A model generated the notes under the pieces. It was not told the origin of the DNA and did no database searches. It saw only the letters and a program-made list of their open reading frames with translations. The translations under genes and the position numbers were made by a program. 12,968 bases of DNA from Gemmatimonadota bacterium (GTDB taxonomy: Bacteria > Gemmatimonadota > Gemmatimonadetes > Gemmatimonadales > GWC2-71-9). Of this stretch, positions 5,605 to 12,968 are shown piece after piece. The DNA lies in assembly GCA_039588295.1 (NCBI GenBank), contig JBDHAB010000073.1, positions 1 through 12,968 on the forward strand. Reading direction: 5' to 3'. Numbering within the stretch: position 1 is the first letter of the stretch; every line of letters starts with the position of its first letter.

Positions 5605-7176
5605 ATGACCGCGTACGACGAGGTCCCCTACGACTGCCAGCCGATCCCGTGCACGGCGCCCGAACAGCTTGCCACGGCGTCGCTGTTTCACGGCGGCCCC
5701 TGCCCGCCGATACGCGATGGTGCGCTTCTCGAGATCGGCTGCGGTGACGGAGCCAACCTCCTGGCCCTCGCCTTTCATCGCCCGGATTTCCGCTTCGTGG
5801 GGGTCGATGCGTCGACGGCACAGATTGCGGAGGCGCGCCGGTCGAGTTCCCACATCGGCGTCGCGAATATCGCGCTCCACGCCGCGGACATTGCGGAGAT
5901 CGGTCACGAGCTCGGGACCTTCGACTACATTGTGGCCCACGGGATGATGTCATGGGTGTCAGACGAGGTGCGCGATCAGATCTTCGCGCTCTGTCGCAAC
6001 CAGCTTGCCCCCGACGGGCTGCTCTACCTCAGCTACAACACCCATCCCGGATGGCTCGCCCGAGGGTTGGTGCGCGATACGGTCCTTCGGCGAACCGCCG
6101 CACACCAGTCGCTACGAGAGATGGCCGGTGAGGCCCGTCGTCGCGCCGACGTCCTCCGGCTCGGGCTCCAGGGCAACGACCACCCGTACGCCCGACTCCT
6201 AAGCGACGAGCTGAGACGCGTGGACCGAGTCAACGAGAGGTACCTGATCCACGAGTACCTCGCCGAACACAATCGCGCCTTCTGGTTTCGCGACTTCGCG
6301 TTGCTGGCCGCGCAGTTCGGGTTCCGCTATGTGGCCGAAGCGGCGTTCACGGAACGCGACTACCGTGTCCCGCCCGCCGTGCGCGAGGCAGCCGCCGAAC
6401 TGGAGCGCGAGCGGCTCGAGATCGAGACGCTGATCGACGTGCTGTGGTTCCGCCAGCATCGTGCCTCGCTCTTCTGCCACGCCGACCGCCGGTCGTCGCT
6501 CGGCCCAGACAGGCTTCCGCTCGAACGCATGACGGTCGCGTCGGGGTTGCGGGCCCCATCGGATGGCGTGCGGCTCGATCCGGATGTTGAGGAGTCGTTC
6601 ACCGGACACTTCGAGCCGGAGGTCGCCATCGAACTGAGCGATCCGCTGCCGAAGGCCGCGCTGGTAGCCGTGACACCGCACTGGCCGCGCGGCCTTCCCT
6701 GGGAACGGATGCTGCATGACGCCAAGGCGATCTTGGCAAATGCCGGCATTCAATCTCCAAGCGCCGACGATGAACGTGACCTCCGGGCCGAGTTCCACGC
6801 ATTGCACGCGCTCGGCCAGGTCGAGTTCCGGCTCCGGGAACCGCCGTGGCGCGGCACGCCGAACGGGCTCCCAACGGCCACGCGGCTCACGCGATGGGAA
6901 GCCGAGCGGCGCGCCGTGATCACCGCCGCGACCCACCACCGGCTCGGGCTCACGCCGGCTGACCGCGTGATCATCTCACACCTGGACGGTGGGTATGAGC
7001 GGGCGGCGATCGTCTCTGCCGTCGTGGAACAGCTGCGGGCTGGTGACGTGCGCGAATGGCGGAAGGAAGGATTGATGTCGAGCGATGGGTCCGAATCCCT
7101 CACCGGCGAGCAGTGGGCCGAGCGGCAACTCGACCGTAGCGTCGCGCTCCTCGAGGCCTGGGGATTGTGCGAGTGA
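5605..7176 (+). CDS. Class I SAM-dependent methyltransferase with methyltransferase regulatory domain (Rickettsia PKMT-like architecture), 523 aa
   Basis: Start reassigned to ATG 5605 (MTAYDEVPY). Motif I LLEIGCGDGANL, then FVGVDAS, FDYIVAHGMMSWV, LAPDGLLYLSYNTHPGW and the regulatory-domain motif YLIHEYLAEHNRAFWFRDF. C-terminal winged-helix-like region (IISHLDGG). Confidence 0.9.
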   Translation: MTAYDEVPYDCQPIPCTAPEQLATASLFHGGPCPPIRDGALLEIGCGDGANLLALAFHRPDFRFVGVDASTAQIAEARRSSSHIGVANIALHAADIAEIGHELGTFDYIVAHGMMSWVSDEVRDQIFALCRNQLAPDGLLYLSYNTHPGWLARGLVRDTVLRRTAAHQSLREMAGEARRRADVLRLGLQGNDHPYARLLSDELRRVDRVNERYLIHEYLAEHNRAFWFRDFALLAAQFGFRYVAEAAFTERDYRVPPAVREAAAELERERLEIETLIDVLWFRQHRASLFCHADRRSSLGPDRLPLERMTVASGLRAPSDGVRLDPDVEESFTGHFEPEVAIELSDPLPKAALVAVTPHWPRGLPWERMLHDAKAILANAGIQSPSADDERDLRAEFHALHALGQVEFRLREPPWRGTPNGLPTATRLTRWEAERRAVITAATHHRLGLTPADRVIISHLDGGYERAAIVSAVVEQLRAGDVREWRKEGLMSSDGSESLTGEQWAERQLDRSVALLEAWGLCE

Positions 7177-7364
7177 CGTGAGACGCGGAGAACGGATCAG
7201 GAAGCGATTCCGCAAACCGGAGGCTGAGCTGCATGCATTCCGTTGGGTCCTCTCCACGGGCGCAGAAGTTGCTCATGGACGGTCGGGGTGCTGGAACCGC
7301 AAAGGACGGTACGCAAGTATCATTCATCTGGATCGGGGGGGGATGAACCTGAACCGGAGGAAGC

Positions 7365-8096
7365 ATGCGCTCGTGGATGTGGGGTGGGCTCGTCGTGCTG
7401 TCCGTCGTCAGTGACGGGACGCGCACCGAGCTTGGAGCCCAGGAATCGGAAGAGGTTGCCGCACTCATCACACAGGTGCTCGAAGCCTACGGTGGCGCGG
7501 AGGCACTCGACACCGTTCGTGCGTACACGATGCGGGGGATCGTGCACCCCAGGCAGCGCCGAACGCCTGCCCCCGTCCTTCGTGTCTTCCAACGGCCGGG
7601 TCAGCTGGCTGTGCGGATCGACTATCAGGATCGCTTCGAGGCACGGGTGGTCGATCAGAGCCGCGGGTGGCGATCGACGTCCCAAGGTACGCCGACCGAG
7701 GTGACCGGGCCGCTCCTCGCAGCAATGGAGCTTCAAGCGGCGCGCGCCGAGCTACCCTGGATTCTCGATCGGATGCATGATTCCGCGGTTCCGATCCCTG
7801 CGCCATCCGATGCACCCAACCTTCTGGGACTGGAACTGCCGCTCGGCGAGGGGCTCGCCCTCCAGGTATTTGTCGATCCTGCGACGCATTACGTGGTCCG
7901 GAGTGTCGGCTCGCTCGCCATGGGCGGCATGGCGACCTCGTTCGGGGCAGTGTATTCGGATCACCGGATGGTAGCCGGCGTGGTCTTTCCGTTCCGCGAA
8001 GAAACCACGGCCAGTGGCGTCGCCACGGCGATGACCGTCGTGACCGAAATCGAACTCAACCCCGTGCTCGAGGAGGGCACCTTCCACCCCCGCTGA
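7365..8096 (+). CDS. Exported LolA-like/outer-membrane lipoprotein-sorting-like protein (243 aa)
   Basis: GGAGGA RBS; signal-like N-terminus; family-typical LEAYGGAEALDTVR, VFVDPATHYVVR, YSDHRMVAGVVFPF and IELNPVLEEGTF. Confidence 0.75.
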   Translation: MRSWMWGGLVVLSVVSDGTRTELGAQESEEVAALITQVLEAYGGAEALDTVRAYTMRGIVHPRQRRTPAPVLRVFQRPGQLAVRIDYQDRFEARVVDQSRGWRSTSQGTPTEVTGPLLAAMELQAARAELPWILDRMHDSAVPIPAPSDAPNLLGLELPLGEGLALQVFVDPATHYVVRSVGSLAMGGMATSFGAVYSDHRMVAGVVFPFREETTASGVATAMTVVTEIELNPVLEEGTFHPR

Positions 8097-8127
8097 GGCC
8101 ATATCCTCTCACGCACCACGCACCATA

Positions 8128-8571
8128 ATGAAGAAGGCTCTCCCGCCGACCTACTTCCTGCTAGCGCTCGTCGGCATCACGGCGCTCCACCTCCTGTGGC
8201 CAATCCACCGCTACTGGCGGTTTCCGCTAGACCTCGTCGGGCTCGTTCCGCTCGCGCTTGGCATCTTGTTGAATGTCGCCGCAGACCGGCAGTTTGCCCG
8301 CCACCAAACTACGGTGAAGCCGTTCGAGCACTCCTCGGCCCTCATCACGGCATTTCCGTTCTCCTTCAGTAGGAATCCGATGTATCTCGGCATCACGTCG
8401 ATGCTGCTAGGGGTAGCCCTACTGCTCGGGACGGTCTCGCCGTTGCTGCCCACGGCCGCATTCGCGGTTCTGATGGACTTGCGGTTCGTCCGGGTCGAGG
8501 AGCGGATGCTGGCGGAGAGATTCGGCGACGAATGGGAGCAGTACTGCGCTCGGGTCCGGCGTTGGTTGTGA
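8128..8571 (+). CDS. Isoprenylcysteine carboxylmethyltransferase (ICMT/PEMT) family membrane protein
   Basis: Hydrophobic helices; TTVKPF, FSRNPMYLG and EERMLAERFGDEWEQYCARVRRWL. Confidence 0.92.
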   Translation: MKKALPPTYFLLALVGITALHLLWPIHRYWRFPLDLVGLVPLALGILLNVAADRQFARHQTTVKPFEHSSALITAFPFSFSRNPMYLGITSMLLGVALLLGTVSPLLPTAAFAVLMDLRFVRVEERMLAERFGDEWEQYCARVRRWL

Positions 8572-8599
8572 GCGCGCGAGCATTGTGTTGTTGCACCGA

Positions 8600-8881
8600 T
8601 CATTCAAGATCCATTTCTATTCCACCAAACCACCTTGCGACGAGATTGTAGAGAAACGCTCCAATAGCTCCGGCTATAAACCCGAATACTGCAAATGTGA
8701 CTGGCATACCTATGAGTGCCCCAAACGCAAGTGCAGTACCTGAATTCAGTGTGCCCGTGAGCAACTCATAGAAGAATCCACCAAACGCATACAGTATCCC
8801 AGCGATCAAGCCTGCACATGCCATCACAATGGCTTGCAGTTTTGCGAAGAAGAGCACTCCGACTCTTTTGAGTTTCGCCAT
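8600..8881 (-). CDS. Small two-TM membrane protein (DUF3566-like), low GC
   Basis: 93 aa with two long hydrophobic segments and a C-terminal LYNLVARWFGGIEMDLE motif. Its RBS (GAGGAAGG) lies within the end of the upstream gene. Confidence 0.8.
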   Translation of the reverse strand: MAKLKRVGVLFFAKLQAIVMACAGLIAGILYAFGGFFYELLTGTLNSGTALAFGALIGMPVTFAVFGFIAGAIGAFLYNLVARWFGGIEMDLE

Positions 8882-8884
8882 TGT

Positions 8885-9517
8885 CTATTCGCCTTCCTCT
8901 TCTTGAACGGTGGGGACCGCGGAAGGCTGGGCAGAGCTGTCAAGTCGCTGGCGCAGCAGCCATACCAGCACAGCCCCACTCATCGCCCCGTACACGGCCC
9001 CGACCGCGGCCCAACCCGGGAACCCGCCCGCGGCGCCCACGGGGACCGCGCCTGAGAGAAACCCGCCCACAACCCATCCCACGCCGCTGGCCAGCACCCA
9101 CCAGCCCGCCCGGGCGAGCTGCCGCCGCAGCAGCAGCCATTGCAGCACACCGAGCACGGTCCCGAATAGGACCGTTCCCACGACCCAGCCCACATCCGCG
9201 TCGATCACGCCCACGGCGAAGACCATGACACCGAGGGCGGCAACGGCCACGATGCTGGCCGGCACCCACCAGCCCGCCCGGGTGACCTGCTGACGCAGCA
9301 CCAGCCATTGCAGCACCCCGACCCCGATCCCGCCTACGTTCACCCCCATGTACCCGGCCACGACTATGTCCCAGGACGAGCCCACGGCCACGCCTACGGG
9401 TCCGCCCAGGCCCAACCCCACTGCGCCGGCCAGTACCCACAAGAGCCAGAAGCCCCAGCCGGGAGCCGAGGGATTATCCGAAGGATCGTCGGTGCTGCCG
9501 CTAGTCTGCTCAGCCAT
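8885..9517 (-). CDS. Multi-pass Gly/Trp-rich membrane protein with internal repeats (210 aa)
   Basis: AGAAGGGG RBS; about six hydrophobic segments; repeated motif GVLQWL[V/L]LRxQxxRAGWWV[P/L]AS. Confidence 0.85.
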   Translation of the reverse strand: MAEQTSGSTDDPSDNPSAPGWGFWLLWVLAGAVGLGLGGPVGVAVGSSWDIVVAGYMGVNVGGIGVGVLQWLVLRQQVTRAGWWVPASIVAVAALGVMVFAVGVIDADVGWVVGTVLFGTVLGVLQWLLLRRQLARAGWWVLASGVGWVVGGFLSGAVPVGAAGGFPGWAAVGAVYGAMSGAVLVWLLRQRLDSSAQPSAVPTVQEEEGE

Positions 9518-9557
9518 CCGCCCCTTCTTTTATGGAGTCTCTCCGTCGTAAGCCCGG

Positions 9558-9616
9558 TGTTGACGATGTCAACATAGAGTCTACACCCAGAAGTTGACTA
9601 TGTCAACATTCTGGGT
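9558..9616. promoter_or_regulatory. Twin palindromic operators (GTTGAC-N3-GTCAAC) overlapping divergent sigma70 promoters
   Basis: TGTTGAC-GAT-GTCAACA 9558-9574 and GTTGAC-TAT-GTCAAC 9593-9607, the latter extended by ACCCAGAA/TTCTGGGT. Minus-strand promoter: TTGACA (9606-9601), 17 bp, TAGACT (9583-9578). Plus-strand promoter: TTGACT (9594-9599), 17 bp, CAGATT (9617-9622), just before the TetR ATG at 9628. Confidence 0.8.
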
Positions 9617-9627
9617 CAGATTGGTGT

Positions 9628-10156
9628 ATGACCAAACCGGCCCGGGCGTATCATCACGGGGACCTCCGGGCGGCACTGCTGGACGAAGCCGCCGCAATGA
9701 TTGCAGAGGCTGCTGGTCGCCGTCGCCTCGGCCGGCTTCAGCCGCCTGCAAGAACGCCTGCAAACCATCCACCCGGGCGCTCCGGGATCCAGCGTCGAAC
9801 GCGTCCGGCGCATGGGTGAGGAGTACGTGCGTTTCGCCCTCGAGAATCCGGCACACTACCGCGTGATGTACGGGAGGGAGGCGCTCACGCGCCAAGACCG
9901 ACCCGAGCTACGCGAGGCCGCAAACGCCTTGTTCGAGGAATTGGTCGTCGTGTTCCAGGCCTACCAGCAGAGCGGCGGGATCAGACGACAGGATCCTCGA
10001 GCGCAGGCCTACGTCGCTTGGAGTGCGGTGCACGGGCTGGCCTCATTACTGATCGACGGGCAGATCCAGGCCACCGCCGACGTTGACGGGCTTATCCGGC
10101 AGACCACGCGAACGGTGCTGGACGGGATGCGCGTTCGCCGCCGCCGTGAATCCTAA
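9628..10156 (+). pseudogene. TetR/AcrR family regulator (WHG-type C-terminal domain), HTH deleted and frameshifted
   Basis: One frame gives MTKPARAYHHGDLRAALLDEAAAMIAE, a classic TetR helix 1. Near 9708 the protein continues in another frame as LLVAVASAGF...YVRFALENPAHYRVMY...AWSAVHGLASLLIDG. The intervening HTH (LSLRxxARxxGVSxxAPYxHF-type) is absent, and the 529-nt span is not a multiple of 3. Confidence 0.88.
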
Positions 10157-10493
10157 GCGGGTTTCCGTAGAGGCGTTCGAAGAAGCGAAGGTGACGTTCT
10201 TTCGCGTGTTTCAGCAATATCGACTCGCGCACGTGGTCCTGAACATCGTTCCCTATATCGGCCTGAAAAGCATGGTTCAATCCAAGCGTCAGTCGGTTGT
10301 TTGGTTGTCTTGCGGACGACGTGGGGCGGGCTCTCGTGATCTGGAGTGGCTGGCGTCGACCCGGCTTGTGCGCACACTTCGCTGGACGCCACCCTGCGGC
10401 ACGTTCGTCCGACAATCCGAAGCGATCCCGAACGAACCATGCGGCAGTAGCACGCGAAACACCGCATTTCGTTTCTGAGCTCAGAGGAAACTG

Positions 10494-11501
10494 ATGAAGG
10501 CAATTGTCTATGAGAGGTACGGGTCTCCCAGTGTTCTTGAATTGAGAGAGGTGGAGAAGCCCAACGTCAAGGACAACGAAGTGTTGGTGAGAGTATATGC
10601 GACAACAGTCACGTCAGCAGACTCGAGACTGCGACGGCTTGCAGTCCCGCTCGGATTCGGGCTCCTCTCACGAGTGTTCCTTGGCATACGAGGACCAAGA
10701 AAGACCATACTAGGGCTTGAACTAACAGGCGACGTTGAGCGAGTCGGCAAAGATGTAACGCTCTTCAAAGAAGGTGACCAGGTCTTTGGATCTCGAGATA
10801 AGTGGGGTTGTCACGCCGAGTACGTAGCTCTGCCTGAAGATGGGGTGATCGCAACAAAACCATCCAATATGACCTATGGGGAAGCTGCCGCCGTTCCGTT
10901 TGGGGCATTATCTTCACTAGTCTTCCTCAGAGACTTTGGAAAGATTCAAAGCGGACAACAGGTTCTCATCAATGGCGCTTCAGGAGGCTTAGGTACGTTT
11001 GCCGTACAGCTTGCCAAGTACTATGGGGCAGAAGTGACCGGGGTATGCAGTGCCTCGAATGTAGAATTGGTGAAATCTCTCGGCGCCGATAAGGTCATCG
11101 ATTACACCGAAGAGGATTTTTCCACAGGCACTGAGACCTACGACATTGTTTTTGACACGGTCGGTACGGTGTCGTTGTCGCGCTGTAAAAGCTCTCTAAA
11201 GCAAAATGGACGCTGTCTTCTGGCTGTCGCTGGGCTGCCACAGCTTCTTCACATGCTATGGATGTCGACGATCGGCAGCAAGAAGGCAGTCGGTGGGGTA
11301 GCCGTCTTCAAGAAGAAGGATCTCGTTTTCGTCAAAGAGCTTATTGTGGCAGGAAAGATGCGATCGGTCATAGATCGACGCTATCCGTTAGAACACACCG
11401 CCAAGGCTCATAGCTATGTTGATGAAGGGCACAAGAAGGGGAGTGTTGTCATCACTGTGAAGCGTGATAACGTCGAACCTGCGCCTGAAACTGTCGCGTG
11501 A
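10494..11501 (+). CDS. NAD(P)-dependent MDR-family oxidoreductase (alcohol dehydrogenase/quinone oxidoreductase-like)
   Basis: GAGGA RBS; MKAIVYERYGSPSVL, GroES-like N-terminal domain, nucleotide-binding VLINGASGGLGTFAVQLAK, LGADKVIDY and GHKKGSVVI. It lacks the Cys cluster for structural zinc. Confidence 0.93.
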   Translation: MKAIVYERYGSPSVLELREVEKPNVKDNEVLVRVYATTVTSADSRLRRLAVPLGFGLLSRVFLGIRGPRKTILGLELTGDVERVGKDVTLFKEGDQVFGSRDKWGCHAEYVALPEDGVIATKPSNMTYGEAAAVPFGALSSLVFLRDFGKIQSGQQVLINGASGGLGTFAVQLAKYYGAEVTGVCSASNVELVKSLGADKVIDYTEEDFSTGTETYDIVFDTVGTVSLSRCKSSLKQNGRCLLAVAGLPQLLHMLWMSTIGSKKAVGGVAVFKKKDLVFVKELIVAGKMRSVIDRRYPLEHTAKAHSYVDEGHKKGSVVITVKRDNVEPAPETVA

Positions 11502-11513
11502 GGTCCACCGTCG

Positions 11514-11732
11514 ATGAAGAGCTACCTTCTGTCATGTGCAGTCATCGGAATCGTGTCGCTGTTCTTCTTCATCCTCACCAATCTTGCACTCGTGGACGTC
11601 TCTCAGGGCGAGCCGGACTTGGCGAACGAGTGGCGTGCTGTGAAGGTCGGGGTGCTTCCAATCCTCCTGTTCCATGTGGCGGCAATCGTTGGCCTATTCA
11701 AGGTGGCGGGTAGAATACAGCAACAGAAGTAA
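11514..11732 (+). CDS. Small two-TM hypothetical protein (72 aa)
   Basis: GAGG RBS overlapping the oxidoreductase stop; two hydrophobic segments separated by a short acidic loop (DVSQGEPDLANEW). Confidence 0.65.
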   Translation: MKSYLLSCAVIGIVSLFFFILTNLALVDVSQGEPDLANEWRAVKVGVLPILLFHVAAIVGLFKVAGRIQQQK

Positions 11733-11819
11733 GGGCTGCCGAGCACGCGTCTGCACACCGTGACAAACCCACACGTTGGACACCGCCATACTTCGACTGG
11801 AAACCAGAAGCCCGCAACC

Positions 11820-12968
11820 ATGACATCCGGCCCCCTTCTCATCCTGTTACTGATCCTGGCGATCCTCTTCATCATCGTGGGGACCGCGACGGTGAAGATG
11901 CATCCGTTCATCGTGTTGCTGATCACCGCGTATGGATTGGGGCTGCTGGCCGGGCTTTCGCCCGAGGCGGTGACGCAGGCAATCACCGAAGGGTTCGGCG
12001 GGACGCTTCGGTACATCGGCATCGTCATCGCCGCCGGCACCATCATTGGTGCGATTCTGGAGCGGGGCGGGGCGGCGCGCGTGATGGCCGAGACCGTCAT
12101 CCGCTGGGTCGGCCGCGCCAGCTCGGCGCTGGCGATGAGCCTGACAGGGGCTATCGTCTCGATCCCGGTCTTTTGCGATTCGGGCTACGTGGTGCTCTCG
12201 CCGCTGAGCCGGTCGCTGGCCGCCCAGTCGAAGCAGTCGTTGGCGGTCTATGCGGTGGCGCTGAGCATGGGACTGTACGCGACGCACGTCTTCGTGCCGC
12301 CTACGCCGGGACCCATCGCCGCCGCCGCCGAACTCGGCGCCGACATCGGAACGGTCATCATCCTGGGGCTCATCACGACGATCCCGGTGATCGCTGCGAC
12401 GTACCTGTTTGCGCGGTACATGGGCCGCCGTATCTACATCGATCCCGCCCACGAGCCGGAAGCCGCTGAGGCCGTCGAAGCCGCCGAGACGGAGCGCCTA
12501 GCGCCGTGGAAAGCGTTCGCGCCCATCGCCGTGCCGGTGCTGTTGATCGCCGTACAATCGATAGCCGCCCTGCCGGCGAAGCCGTTTGGCGAAGGCGCGG
12601 CGTATACGCTGCTGCGTTTTCTGGGCAATCCCAACACGGCGCTGCTGCTGGGGGTGTTCATCGCTTTTGCGGTGGTGTGGAAGCAGCGGCCGGCGGTCTA
12701 TGGCGCGTGGGTTGGGGCCGGGTTGAAACAGGCGGGGACCATCATCCTAATCACGGGTGCAGGCGGGGCCTTGGGCAAGGTGCTTCAGACCACGCCGCTG
12801 GGCGATTACCTGGGCGAGACGCTCGCGCCGCTGGGGTTGGGGCCGCTGAGCATCCTGTTGCCCTTTTTCATCGCCGCCACGCTCAAGACCGCGCTGGGCT
12901 CGTCCACCGTCGCCATCATCACGACGGCCTCCATCATCGCGCCGCTGCTCGATTCGCTGGGGCTGGCT
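11820..12968 (+). CDS. GntP family (gluconate:H+ symporter-like) permease, partial, runs off the window end
   Basis: Translated by hand from ATG 11820: MTSGPLLILLL...KMHPFIVLL...GFGGTLRYIGIVIAAGTIIGAILERGGAA...SIPVFCDSGYVVLSPL...THVFVPPTPGPIAAA...LKTALGSSTVAIIT. It is missing from the ORF track because there is no stop in the window. Confidence 0.93.
   Translation, partial: MTSGPLLILLLILAILFIIVGTATVKMHPFIVLLITAYGLGLLAGLSPEAVTQAITEGFGGTLRYIGIVIAAGTIIGAILERGGAARVMAETVIRWVGRASSALAMSLTGAIVSIPVFCDSGYVVLSPLSRSLAAQSKQSLAVYAVALSMGLYATHVFVPPTPGPIAAAAELGADIGTVIILGLITTIPVIAATYLFARYMGRRIYIDPAHEPEAAEAVEAAETERLAPWKAFAPIAVPVLLIAVQSIAALPAKPFGEGAAYTLLRFLGNPNTALLLGVFIAFAVVWKQRPAVYGAWVGAGLKQAGTIILITGAGGALGKVLQTTPLGDYLGETLAPLGLGPLSILLPFFIAATLKTALGSSTVAIITTASIIAPLLDSLGLA

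Noticed and set aside
7200..7320. Possible c-di-GMP-I riboswitch (GCAAACC and ACGCAAG-like words)
   Set aside because: The GNRA-capped P2 stem and the spacing between motifs do not match.

Overview
This GC-rich bacterial accessory region may come from Gemmatimonadota, a guess based only on its lipoprotein families. It begins with a probable integrative-element attachment site: 10-bp arm-like repeats (224-348), then the 3' half of a tRNA-Met(CAT) (364-480) whose T-loop is split by a 74-bp palindromic insert, then a terminator. After a minus-strand lipoprotein come four unrelated, co-oriented small genes (1622-4317). Each is bounded by copies of a conserved ~30-bp hairpin and/or a companion hairpin, an organisation like an integron cassette array but without attC sites. 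Further on are a truncated DUF4150/PAAR-like gene divergent from a Rickettsia-PKMT-like SAM methyltransferase, a LolA-like exported protein and an ICMT-family membrane methyltransferase. Next is a two-gene membrane operon with twin operators, whose divergent TetR has lost its HTH by a frameshifting deletion. The window ends with an MDR-family oxidoreductase, a small membrane protein and a GntP-family permease that runs off the edge. All family calls come from motif recognition by eye; no searches were run.
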